64,000 nucleotides of DNA from Candidatus Thorarchaeota archaeon. GTDB taxonomy: Archaea > Asgardarchaeota > Thorarchaeia > Thorarchaeales > Thorarchaeaceae. The DNA lies in contig RDOC01000004.1 in NCBI GenBank assembly GCA_011364985.1, forward strand, positions 152,218 through 216,217, given 5' to 3'. A model generated the notes under the pieces. That model made no database searches, was not told the origin of the DNA, and was given only the letters and a program-made list of their open reading frames with translations. This document shows positions 10,214 through 19,708 of the stretch, piece by piece; position 1 is the stretch's first letter; each line of letters opens with the position of its first letter. Position numbers and translations under genes: made by a program.

Positions 10214-11431
10214 ATGTCTGATAGACTAGACCAAGGACTCAGGAACCTCCTTAACAAAGCAATTGATCTTGATAGAAGAGGAATGGCAAAGGAGGCTGCC
10301 CAATACTATCTAAAGGCTAGCAAGATCTTGATCAAGCTCTCAAACGCGGCTTCATTGCCGTCTATACAGAAGCACTATCTTGATAGAGCGCAGGAGTGCG
10401 TTGATAGGGTCCGTTACATCTCAGGCATAAAGAAGAAGGCTAGAGGGCTAAGAAACGGGCTTACGACCCCAGTATCCCCAATGCCACATTCAGAATCCGA
10501 GGCAGTTGCTGAGCACGCTCCGCAGGCAGATGCGGAAGTTGATGAAGACACTCGTAGGCTTCAGGAGATGATATCTGATACCATTATCTCGGAGAAGCCC
10601 AATATCAAGATGAGTGAAGTGGCTGGACTTGAGAAGGCGAAACAGGCAATTCATGACGCAATTATAGCACCTATGAAGCATCCTGAACTCTTCAAGGGCA
10701 AGGCAAGACAACCATGGAGAGGTATTTTATTTTACGGGCCAGCAGGTTGCGGAAAGACCCTGATAGCTAAAGCTGTTGCGTCTGAAATTGATGCGACTTT
10801 CTTCAATGTATCAGCGGGTAATATTGTTAGCAAGTGGTTGGGAGAATCAGAGAAATTGGTGATGAATCTCTTTGATTTGGCAAGAAGAAGCCAGCCGGCG
10901 ATCATTTTCATGGATGAGCTCGATTCAGTTGGAGTATCAAGATCAGGAGATGATGTAGGAGGAGAAAGAAGGCTGAAGACTCAGCTGCTTACGGAACTCC
11001 AGGGTCTTGAAAGCGATCCAGAGGAGAGAATAACCGTCATAGGTGCTACAAATCTGCCATGGGAACTTGACTTTGCCTTACGGTCTCGATTTGAGAAGAA
11101 GATTCAAGTTCCACTTCCGGACAATGAGGCAAGGACACACATCTTTGAAATACATATGGAAGAGGTCAAAATTGCTCCAGAAGTCGATTATGAGGAATTG
11201 GCGGACCTAAGCGAGGGTTATAGCGGCCGCGAGATTAGCGTCGTCTGTAGAGAGGCGGCAATGGAGCCCATAAGAGATCTGCAGCGTACAGGCAGACTAG
11301 ATGACGGAGAGGTAATACTAGAGGTGCGCCCTGTTTCAAGAGAAGATTTTCTTGAGGCCATTGAAGACATCCGTCCAGCAACCTCACCAGAAGACTTGAG
11401 AAGATACACCGATTGGGCGGAGGGGTCCTAG
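10214..11431 (+). CDS. vps4: Vps4-like AAA ATPase with MIT domain
   Basis: N-terminal MIT (AIDLD..G..KEAAQYY), GPAGCGKT, SKWLGESEKLV pore loop, FMDE, GATNLPWELD, C-terminal Vps4-type helix. Confidence 0.93.
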   Translation: MSDRLDQGLRNLLNKAIDLDRRGMAKEAAQYYLKASKILIKLSNAASLPSIQKHYLDRAQECVDRVRYISGIKKKARGLRNGLTTPVSPMPHSESEAVAEHAPQADAEVDEDTRRLQEMISDTIISEKPNIKMSEVAGLEKAKQAIHDAIIAPMKHPELFKGKARQPWRGILFYGPAGCGKTLIAKAVASEIDATFFNVSAGNIVSKWLGESEKLVMNLFDLARRSQPAIIFMDELDSVGVSRSGDDVGGERRLKTQLLTELQGLESDPEERITVIGATNLPWELDFALRSRFEKKIQVPLPDNEARTHIFEIHMEEVKIAPEVDYEELADLSEGYSGREISVVCREAAMEPIRDLQRTGRLDDGEVILEVRPVSREDFLEAIEDIRPATSPEDLRRYTDWAEGS

Positions 11432-11434
11432 GCT

Positions 11435-12154
11435 GTGGACGTCAAGGAACGACGTAGAGAGCGAAAAAACACAAAGTCAGCAGAAGAAGAACGACCAAGA
11501 AAGACCGAAGGAGAGACCATAGAAAAGGAGGAGAAGACAGGAGATCAATCCAGTACGATCATGGCACTAACGGAAAGAACAACCCAGGCCACTCAGCGCC
11601 AGCTTGAAATACTGCCCACCGAAACCGTTGTGGAGGAGATCGATGAAGAGATACTACTCCCAGACTGGGGAGACATCACTCAAAGCGAATGGATGTATAG
11701 TATTCCGGACAGAGAAAAAGACAAACCAATGTGGGCAGAGGAATGGAGCGACTTTCTCTTGGAGTGGACAAAGAAAAAACACATTCACGTGATTTCTGTT
11801 TCCTTGTTCCTCAGCGAGCCACCTTTCAAAGACATTGCTGGGAAGGTAGATTCGTTTCGATGCATCGGTGAAGTTCTTGTAAAGAAGGAAATTGCCGAAT
11901 GGCTGGATAAGAATCGACGACAGCTTCGAGTCTATTGGAGATTTCTAGAAGAGTGGGCAGATTCTGTTTATCGATGGGCACTGGAAAGCGGGACAGTTCG
12001 ACTTGATGTGAAGTCAATAGTAATTCAAGAAGAGGCCCAAGCATTTTCGAATCTTCCAGAGAGAGACCTCCATATCATCATGACACTCCTCGTAGAGAAA
12101 CAACTGGCGGAATGGATTGACAAGAAGAAAGGTGCTATCAAAATCCTACTTTGA
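11435..12154 (+). CDS. vps25: ESCRT-II Vps25-like tandem winged-helix protein
   Basis: WAEEWSDFLLEW and VYWRFLEEWADSVYRWA motifs typical of Vps25; 3 nt downstream of vps4. Confidence 0.85.
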   Translation: MDVKERRRERKNTKSAEEERPRKTEGETIEKEEKTGDQSSTIMALTERTTQATQRQLEILPTETVVEEIDEEILLPDWGDITQSEWMYSIPDREKDKPMWAEEWSDFLLEWTKKKHIHVISVSLFLSEPPFKDIAGKVDSFRCIGEVLVKKEIAEWLDKNRRQLRVYWRFLEEWADSVYRWALESGTVRLDVKSIVIQEEAQAFSNLPERDLHIIMTLLVEKQLAEWIDKKKGAIKILL

Positions 12155-12194
12155 ACGGCAGTAGCCGAAGATTGCTGTGTGGCATGCTGCTATG

Positions 12195-12947
12195 TCATTT
12201 GGCAATATGACCATCTTGGCTATCACGTGCCCTCAAGCCTGGGAAATAGTACCGCCCACCAGTGGAGAATTTGATATCTGCGACAGCCATGCCTGCGTCA
12301 ACAAGACTAGACAGGACCCTTCGAGCATGATCCTCAGACCATTTCAGTTTGATCATGACTTCTTCAACTGAAACATAGCCCTTGGAAGCCGCCAGATTAA
12401 CCACATCGCTTTGATCTTCTCGTAACTCAAGAGGGCGTAATTCGACAACTTTCACGCCACCTTTTAGAACACGAATTCCAGGGATTAGACCATGATCGGA
12501 AACCCGATTGACAGCCTCGATCACATCGCTGTAGCTCACACCCTTTATCTCCGGCAATCGTTTCACAACTTCCACGATTAAGTCAGCCAGCCCCATTAGC
12601 CCCTTTGAAGCATTTGCAGTGGCAACATCAAGTATTGCAAGTCCTATGAAATCATAATACTCGTCTTGCGTCAATCCATGATGAAAAAGGACTCCCTGCC
12701 TACGGTCCATATTTAGCATCCGAATAGCGTCAGGAAACCGCTCATACACGCGTTCTGTATCCAAGAACGCTGTAATGCTCATGCCAGTCCGTCGCAATTC
12801 AGCAATACTTGACTTGAGTTCCATAACAAGTGCTTCGGACTCTCGTTGAAAGGACCTAATGTCAACTACACCCATGTCGTACATCTTCCTAAGCTGATCA
12901 AGAGTAGCAAGTGATGCGTAGAACTCGGTTTGTAGTCGGCTTTGCAT
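12195..12947 (-). CDS. Fusion of Vps28 N-terminal-like domain and Vps22/36 (EAP30) winged-helix domain
   Basis: EFYASLATLDQLRKMY..F..E...L...ITAF..RFPDAIRML (Vps28-N-like) followed by YYDFIGLAIL...PLELREDQ..KGYVS...LKWS..A..VL..LV..G...YYFPGL (EAP30); likely start MQSRL at 12947. Confidence 0.8.
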   Translation of the reverse strand: MQSRLQTEFYASLATLDQLRKMYDMGVVDIRSFQRESEALVMELKSSIAELRRTGMSITAFLDTERVYERFPDAIRMLNMDRRQGVLFHHGLTQDEYYDFIGLAILDVATANASKGLMGLADLIVEVVKRLPEIKGVSYSDVIEAVNRVSDHGLIPGIRVLKGGVKVVELRPLELREDQSDVVNLAASKGYVSVEEVMIKLKWSEDHARRVLSSLVDAGMAVADIKFSTGGRYYFPGLRARDSQDGHIAK

Positions 12948-13098
12948 GGGTTGGAATCCCTTCATTCCTATGGCTGACCCAGACTGGGCATACCAAGGGA
13001 TGAGCAAGAATGTGCTTTAAGAGAGAGTATTATCCGATTATGGTTCAATAGGAAGTAGTCCCATCCAGCTGCAATGTATCTTTGGACGATGAAGAGTA

Positions 13099-14466
13099 CT
13101 AGGGGGTAATTCTGTCTCGGTCTCTTGGTAGAAGAATTGCTTCACGAATATTCTCAATGTCTAGCAGCTGCATGGTCAAACGCTCCACTCCCAAACCCAG
13201 ACCACCGTGAGGTGGCGCACCGAATTTGAAAGGATCTAGGTAGAAACTGAAGTCGGCAGGATTGAATCCTTTGACTCGAAACCGTTCCACCAGCAGGTCA
13301 TATAGATGAATTCGTTGGCTACCTGTTGTGATCTCCATGCCCTTGTAGGTCAGATCGAAGCTTTCTGTCATCCCTTCGTCTGTAAGACTTGGCATTGTAT
13401 AGGCAGGTCTCAACTCCAGCGGATAATGAGTGATGAATACCATTTCTGTACCGAATTTCCTAGGAAATATTTCGCCAAGCAAGCGCTCACCTTCTGGGTC
13501 GACATCATCAGTAATCGACATCTCTTTCCCTTCTTGATTGAGCAAATCAATTACTTTTGCGTACTTAATTCGCTTGAAGGGTAGTTTCGGAATCTCAAGC
13601 TTGACTCCGAGTAGTTCAAGCTCTGCTGCTGCTGCTTGTGCGGTGTTCTTGAATGCGTGACGGAGCATCTTCTCCTCCATTTTCATGACATCGTCGACAT
13701 CGCCAATCCATGCCATCTCAAAGTCAAAAGATGTGTACTCATTGATATGACGCCGCGTGTTATGCTTTTCTGCACGGAAGACCGGGGCAATCTCAAAGAC
13801 TCGTCCGAACCCAGCCAATAACATGAGTTGCTTGTAGAATTGCGGGCTTTGAGCAAGGTAGGCTTTCTTCTCGAAGTACTTCACCTCAAAAAGATTGGCT
13901 CCGCCTTCTGTGGCTTCTGCGACAATCTTTGGTGTGTGTATTTCGATAAATCCGTTCCTCTCTAGGAAATCCCTAGCAAACCGGACTAGTGAATGTTGAA
14001 TACGGAATATTGCATTAACTGCGGGCTTACGGAGGTCGAGTATTCTATGATTCAAACGAGTGTCTAAATCGATATCGACTTTGCCTTCGACCACATCAAT
14101 GGGAAGCCGTTCTGCTGTATTGATTACTTTGATCTTCTTGGGAATCACCTCAGCCCCAGTCGCGACCTGTTTCGCTTCAACAACATCCCCACAAACAAGC
14201 ACTACGTACTCTGGTTTCAGTTCGCCGGAAATTGCAAATACCTCACCAGTGACTTTCTTCTCAGGAATTGTCACCTGAACTAGTCCGTGTTCGTCTCTGA
14301 GGATGAGAAACTTGATTCTTCCCTTGTCCCGAAGGATATGAACCCAACCAAGAAGAGTGACTTCGATACCAGCAAGCGAAGGGCCAATCTCACTACTGAA
14401 ATGAGTTCGTTTGTCTTTTCCAAGAGGCTCGACACCGGCTTTCGCATAGAAATCCATAGAATTCAT
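13099..14466 (-). CDS. aspS: Aspartate--tRNA ligase (archaeal type)
   Basis: OB fold [50 protein letters not shown]. Confidence 0.95.
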   Translation of the reverse strand: MNSMDFYAKAGVEPLGKDKRTHFSSEIGPSLAGIEVTLLGWVHILRDKGRIKFLILRDEHGLVQVTIPEKKVTGEVFAISGELKPEYVVLVCGDVVEAKQVATGAEVIPKKIKVINTAERLPIDVVEGKVDIDLDTRLNHRILDLRKPAVNAIFRIQHSLVRFARDFLERNGFIEIHTPKIVAEATEGGANLFEVKYFEKKAYLAQSPQFYKQLMLLAGFGRVFEIAPVFRAEKHNTRRHINEYTSFDFEMAWIGDVDDVMKMEEKMLRHAFKNTAQAAAAELELLGVKLEIPKLPFKRIKYAKVIDLLNQEGKEMSITDDVDPEGERLLGEIFPRKFGTEMVFITHYPLELRPAYTMPSLTDEGMTESFDLTYKGMEITTGSQRIHLYDLLVERFRVKGFNPADFSFYLDPFKFGAPPHGGLGLGVERLTMQLLDIENIREAILLPRDRDRITP

Positions 14467-14560
14467 CTCTTATTCCTAATCATCCTGACGAGTCTGCTAG
14501 CATTATGAGGCTTTTGGAGTTGGGATTCTTCCGTACATCGTTCTCAAGATCCAAAGAGGA

Positions 14561-14589
14561 GATGCCTCCGGAATGCTTCCGGAAACATC
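14561..14589. repeat. Inverted repeat (possible terminator or operator)
   Basis: GATG..TCCGGAA-TGC-TTCCGGA..CATC between the wHTH gene end and the aspS start. Confidence 0.4.
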
Positions 14590-14612
14590 AAGATAATAGG
14601 ATCACGATGTTT

Positions 14613-14846
14613 CTACATCGGCGCAGCGATGAGCTCGTAGACCATCCTTCGCTTATCCCTTCCATGCGTATGCTCTCGGATTAGACCGAGATCCTTAAGC
14701 CTACTGAGTCCGTAGTTCAGAGTCCGCGGAGGTAAGTAGGTTCGTTGAAGCAGGTCTTGCCGGGTCATCCGGTGCCTTGCTTTAAGAAGCACGTAGAGGA
14801 ATTTCGCGGAAGGAGGTAAAGCTAAGAACGAGCGTCTGGCAAACAT
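14613..14846 (-). CDS. Small winged-helix (MarR-like) DNA-binding protein
   Basis: LPPSAKFLYVLL..MTRQDL..RT.LPPRTLNYGLSRLKDLGLI..D.RR..Y. Confidence 0.85.
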   Translation of the reverse strand: MFARRSFLALPPSAKFLYVLLKARHRMTRQDLLQRTYLPPRTLNYGLSRLKDLGLIREHTHGRDKRRMVYELIAAPM

Positions 14847-14984
14847 GATCCCACCGTGAAGTTGTTGCCATAATATCTATGACCTCCTTTTTGCTTTCGT
14901 TTGATTGTACAGCTCGTCAAAATAAGCATTCCCATTTCATCATTGTGCATAGGCTTTTTCAGTTGAAAGCGCCGTATGTAAGTT

Positions 14985-15653
14985 ATGTATTCTCTTCAGA
15001 ATCTCGATATCATTGGATATGATGGTGCGGCAATCCCAAATACATACTTCAAACTGGAAGAGACCGATGAAAAAGCCGCCATTGTGTTCCCGGGAAGGGG
15101 GTACACTTCACAGGGGCCACTCCTACACTATACCATCAGCCTCCTTCTTAAGAATCGCATCAATGTCCTTTCCGTTGATTATCAGTACTTCAACAATCAG
15201 GAATATGAAGCGTTGGACTGGGAAGAGAAACGAAAATGGCTCTTTTACGATGTTGGAGAAGCATTCAAAGCTCTAGTGGATTATACGAACAGAGACATTG
15301 ATATTATGGTGGGCAAATCCCTAGGTACTCTGGCCATGGGATACCTATTAGACAGGTTTACGGCTGCAAGAAGAGCCACCGCAATTTGGCACACACCTCT
15401 CCTTAAGCAAGCGGAATTAACAAGACAAATCCACAAACATCACCCGAGGTCTCTATTTGTTATAGGTACACGAGATCCCCATTACGATGATGAGATTCTT
15501 GAAACAGTCAAGAGAGTGACCAGAGGGAAGACACAGGTGATTGAGAATGCGAACCACAGCATGGAAGTGCCAGGGGATGTAGAGGATTCCATTAATATCA
15601 TTCTCAGAGTAGTAGATGGTATTAGGAATTTCTTATGGCCGGTGGATAAGTGA
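14985..15653 (+). CDS. Alpha/beta hydrolase
   Basis: FPGRGY, GKSLG nucleophile elbow, GTRD acid, ANHSM His. Confidence 0.85.
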   Translation: MYSLQNLDIIGYDGAAIPNTYFKLEETDEKAAIVFPGRGYTSQGPLLHYTISLLLKNRINVLSVDYQYFNNQEYEALDWEEKRKWLFYDVGEAFKALVDYTNRDIDIMVGKSLGTLAMGYLLDRFTAARRATAIWHTPLLKQAELTRQIHKHHPRSLFVIGTRDPHYDDEILETVKRVTRGKTQVIENANHSMEVPGDVEDSINIILRVVDGIRNFLWPVDK

Positions 15654-15658
15654 GTATC

Positions 15659-17053
15659 TCACTGGGGCTTCCTTAGAATTAAAACCCATTCGCCTCTCAT
15701 TCTTTCTTTCCGAGGTATCTTGATAAAATGCCTAATCAACCCAGAGAAGAAGATCTTCTCCAGCTCGAACCCAACTTCATCTGACGTAGCAAGCTCGCCA
15801 AGAACCTCCTGAGACGGAATTGGAACACCCCGAATGACGTTATTTCCAATCGCTAGGCAGTAACGAGCTCCTGGGCGAAGAACGCGTATCATCTCTTGTA
15901 GCTGCATCTTCATGTCACAAAAGAACTTGAAGACAATGAATGATCGACGGGGGTCTTTATCGAATATGGCTTCTAGGAGGGGATCAAGTGCTGAGAGACC
16001 TGAAACCCTGAGAGACCTGTACTCCTTCTTGTAGACAGTCTCAGTTCCAATGTATTCTCGTTTCATCTTTGACAGAGGCTCATCGCCTGCCAGTCCTAAC
16101 CAGTACATCTCAAGCTGATGCGTTCGAGGGTAATCAACGGCATTAATGTAGGGAGGTGATGTCACAGCCAGGGCGATAGAATCTGAATCAAGACCTGTGT
16201 CTTCTGCCCTTGATTGAGGAAGTCGTACTTCTTTGAATTGCAGTTGACTGCATACCTTGGCAAATTCAATCATCGAATCAATCTGTTTCTCCAAATTCTC
16301 CCTGAATCTACCAATTGTGTTTCCCGGAAGAATAGAACGCTGAAGATTCTGCCTAATCACGGTACGCGTGCAATGAGGATCTGCATTTGACACATCTCGG
16401 ATGATAGACGAGAAAATGATCTTGAAAAAATTGGTTATATCAACTTGCTCTTCAGATGATATAGCATTCCCAAGAGGAGAATTCGGAAGGTCAGAAATGG
16501 TAGATCGGATAATGGCAAGCTCCTTGATGACAAAGCTGTGAAACCAATTGTCTTGGTAGTTGAATCTGGGTATATCAGGCTCGTACCCGGCTGTAAGGTA
16601 CCTTTCTTGAATTGTCTCGATAAGCCAAGTACTAGCAAGCATCAGTATTTCCGGGTCAATGGGTGTTGTCTTCACCCGTGTGATTAGCTGAGCTATGGGG
16701 TCAATATCGATGCCAACAGCAAGCCTCTCCATGAGCATGGCTTCAAGAGCAACAGTGCCACTACCACACATTGGGTCAAGTACGACTTGCCTTGAATCCG
16801 AGTACTTCTCTATAAGATACCTTGGTAGCTCTGGAAAAAACTTGGCAGGAAATCTGTGAATTCCATGGGTTAGGTAGGACTGGTCCTTACTATAGATGAG
16901 GATCTCTGCCTCATTTGGGATATCCACAACAGGATCAATGGTTCCAGAGAACTCCAGTATGGGCATATCTTCTGATGATGCATCCGCCTTGGTCGGTTCA
17001 TCCGGAGCTTCCATCATCTCTGTTTGCATCCTGAATCGTTCAAGAAGCAACAC
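15659..17053 (-). CDS. Site-specific DNA methyltransferase (N4-cytosine type, motif I before motif IV)
   Basis: THGIHRFPAKF, LDPMCGSGT (motif I), VTSPPY (motif IV); true start may be 17029. Confidence 0.88.
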   Translation of the reverse strand: MLLLERFRMQTEMMEAPDEPTKADASSEDMPILEFSGTIDPVVDIPNEAEILIYSKDQSYLTHGIHRFPAKFFPELPRYLIEKYSDSRQVVLDPMCGSGTVALEAMLMERLAVGIDIDPIAQLITRVKTTPIDPEILMLASTWLIETIQERYLTAGYEPDIPRFNYQDNWFHSFVIKELAIIRSTISDLPNSPLGNAISSEEQVDITNFFKIIFSSIIRDVSNADPHCTRTVIRQNLQRSILPGNTIGRFRENLEKQIDSMIEFAKVCSQLQFKEVRLPQSRAEDTGLDSDSIALAVTSPPYINAVDYPRTHQLEMYWLGLAGDEPLSKMKREYIGTETVYKKEYRSLRVSGLSALDPLLEAIFDKDPRRSFIVFKFFCDMKMQLQEMIRVLRPGARYCLAIGNNVIRGVPIPSQEVLGELATSDEVGFELEKIFFSGLIRHFIKIPRKERMRGEWVLILRKPQ

Positions 17054-17318
17054 ATCCTCATGCCATTTAAGTGATTATTCAACGGAATTCAGCTAATACG
17101 GCATTTGACGATTAAGAAACGCGGCTTGCCGGTTATGTTAAATAGGAGAAATGAATTCCTTAAACCTCAATCCCTTTCTTTGAGTTGAGAGTTTCGTGTT
17201 CATGATGGCCGGAAGAAAAGAGAAACGCGCCATACTGCTTTCAGATGGCGCACGCTCCAATTATCATGAATTCGAAATGACTTGAAGCTATGGGAGTTAC
17301 GCAAAGGAGTTACATGCA

Positions 17319-17648
17319 ATGGCAGACCTAAAGAAGATTGGAGACCTACTGGTCCTCCTTGGTGCCCTGATTGGCCTTGTCCAAGGAATTCTGCTAATCT
17401 TTAATATGGCATTCAATTATGTGAACGTCCTTGGAGGATTCCTTGACCCATTGATATTGGGAATCCTTGCAATTCTATTCTCACTGATCGCATTGGTGAA
17501 TTGCGGATTCCTGAAGATCAGTGCCCTCGATTTTGGTAAGACGAACAAGTTCATCGTGATTCTTATAGTTGGCATCCTGATGATACTGTTCGCCAGCGAC
17601 ATCGGTGGCATTCTGTGCATTGTGGGCGCAATACTATACCTTCTATAG
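17319..17648 (+). CDS. Small multi-pass membrane protein
   Basis: About four hydrophobic segments; AAGGAG upstream. Confidence 0.8.
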   Translation: MADLKKIGDLLVLLGALIGLVQGILLIFNMAFNYVNVLGGFLDPLILGILAILFSLIALVNCGFLKISALDFGKTNKFIVILIVGILMILFASDIGGILCIVGAILYLL

Positions 17649-17658
17649 ATAAGTAATG

Positions 17659-17700
17659 CTCATCTCCTGCTTTTACAGGAGATGAGTCATCTTTCTTTTT
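17659..17700 (+). terminator. Hairpin plus T-tract terminator between convergent genes
   Basis: Perfect 11-bp stem CTCATCTCCTG/CAGGAGATGAG (17659-17686) followed by CTTTCTTTTT. Confidence 0.7.
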
Positions 17701-17710
17701 GTTGAAGTAC

Positions 17711-19069
17711 TCATATCGATTCCTTGATTGCACTATCAATACGGTTTACAGCTTCGTCTATGTTCTCCTTCGTAATAATGTAGCTTGGAGTTAATCTCAT
17801 GACGTTTTGGCCGGCGCCAAGAACCCATAGCTTTTGTCTTTGCACTGCATTCTTGATGATAGTATCTCGAAGCTTGGGAGCTTTCTCCTTGGATTTCTTG
17901 TCTTTCACAAATTCAATACCAATCATCAAGCCCATCCCACGAACATCGCCAATAACTTCGTGTTTTTCCTTGAGTTCATCCAGCAGCTTCAGAAAGTATA
18001 CTCCATTCTCAGCATTCTTTCTGAGATAATCACCATCTTCCATATGTTTGAGAATCCATAGCGAGAGAAGCCCCATCTTGGGCTCGGCAGAGAAAGTCTC
18101 CGAGTGACGTGATGGCCCAGTAAACATGGGCACAGGTCCGATTGACGCTCCCATTGGATATCCTCCACCTATTGCTTTGCCCATAGAGATGTAATCGGGA
18201 GTAACATCATGATTCTCCATAGAAGTCCACTTCCCTGTGCGTCCCATGCCAGCCTGGACCTCATCGCCCATGAAATAAGCTCCAAATTCCTTGGCGAGTT
18301 TGTAGAAGCCCTGTACAGCCTTGCTCGGAGGCACAATCAGACCACCCTCACCAGCAAGTCCTTCCATTACAACGGCAGCAATATCATCACCCTCCACTTG
18401 TAGTACATAGCGAAGATACTCCACACACTCAAGATTACAATCCTCAACATTCTGCCCGTAAGGACACCTGTAGCAGTAAGGATAAGCAACTCGAATTACA
18501 TCAACGCCTTGAGGAAATCCGTACTTGTGTCTTGAATTGGAAGCCGTCAAAGCCAAAGCATATCCTGTTCTGCCATGAAAAGCCGGACGGAAGGCAACAA
18601 ACCGTTTCTTGCCGGACAAGTCAATTGCAGACTTCATACAACCTTCCACAGCCCTTCCTCCGGAGGTCGTGAAGACAACTCGTTTCTTGTGGGTACCAGG
18701 AGTTATTCGAGATATCTTCTCAGCCAATAGAGTCTGGGGAATCGCATCAAAATCCATGCCTGGCAATTCATGGACGATGTCAACAATGCTCATCTCGAAA
18801 TCCAGATAGGGCTTGTATCTCAGACCGAAAGCGCGGACTGCTACGCCACCAGTCACGTCAAGATATTCGGTTCCTTCGATATCAAAGATTCTTACGCCTT
18901 CGCCTTTGGTGTGGTCCAGACAGCCGTACACATCACGGTCCTGAGTTGTTATGGCAAGTGCATCAGCAGCTCTAGCCTTCCAATACTCGTTTGTCATTTT
19001 CTTCTCATCTATATCATCAAAACCAAGTTCATGAAGAAGTCGAATGTGCTTGTCATCCATTGAGCTCAC
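17711..19069 (-). CDS. Class III PLP-dependent aminotransferase
   Basis: TSG.RAVE, AFHGRT, DEVQAGMGRTG, GKAIGGG (PLP lysine), VRGMGLMIG. Confidence 0.92.
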   Translation of the reverse strand: MSSMDDKHIRLLHELGFDDIDEKKMTNEYWKARAADALAITTQDRDVYGCLDHTKGEGVRIFDIEGTEYLDVTGGVAVRAFGLRYKPYLDFEMSIVDIVHELPGMDFDAIPQTLLAEKISRITPGTHKKRVVFTTSGGRAVEGCMKSAIDLSGKKRFVAFRPAFHGRTGYALALTASNSRHKYGFPQGVDVIRVAYPYCYRCPYGQNVEDCNLECVEYLRYVLQVEGDDIAAVVMEGLAGEGGLIVPPSKAVQGFYKLAKEFGAYFMGDEVQAGMGRTGKWTSMENHDVTPDYISMGKAIGGGYPMGASIGPVPMFTGPSRHSETFSAEPKMGLLSLWILKHMEDGDYLRKNAENGVYFLKLLDELKEKHEVIGDVRGMGLMIGIEFVKDKKSKEKAPKLRDTIIKNAVQRQKLWVLGAGQNVMRLTPSYIITKENIDEAVNRIDSAIKESI

Positions 19070-19182
19070 ATCCTGTATGGACTACAACCTTGATGCCCTT
19101 GCCATCTCATTATTTAATTTGTGATGTCGGCGGATGTGCTGAGAAAAAAGATGATGCAAGCTGAATGCGCTCGTATGATTAT

Positions 19183-19551
19183 CTAGGATCTGGCCACAAG
19201 TAAGATGCCAGCAATCAGAATCATGAAGCCAGCGAGAGTGCCTGCATTCAGCAGCCAACTTACTAGATCAAAACTCACGTTTCTCAGGACAATGAATATT
19301 GAAGAAAGCCCAAAGATTGCCAGAAGTCCACCGCTCTTACGTACTTTCCAGTTTATGAAACCGCATGCGTCGTACGACAAAGCAACCATTAGTAAGAGAG
19401 CAATAGCAATCAATACATCAATCAGGGCATTCACACTTCCACCTAGAAAAGTATTGATTCCGCCCACGAGCATCTGAAGCCCGATCACGGTGAGAACTAA
19501 TCCGCCTAACACTGTGAATCCCTGTGCAGCGCCTTCAGCCTTAAGACCCAT
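19183..19551 (-). CDS. Small multi-pass membrane protein
   Basis: Four hydrophobic helices; likely start MGLKAEG. Confidence 0.7.
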   Translation of the reverse strand: MGLKAEGAAQGFTVLGGLVLTVIGLQMLVGGINTFLGGSVNALIDVLIAIALLLMVALSYDACGFINWKVRKSGGLLAIFGLSSIFIVLRNVSFDLVSWLLNAGTLAGFMILIAGILLVARS

Positions 19552-19708
19552 TATGTTGACCATCCATCGGGAGAACGTATTCTCTTTGCGAATAATCCTT
19601 ATTGATGGTGATGAGAATAATATAGTTTTCCAAGAATTAGTTAAGTTACGCTCGTAATACACAGGTTCTATTCCAGATGCATAGGATATCAAATAGGGCT
19701 CCTATGAG

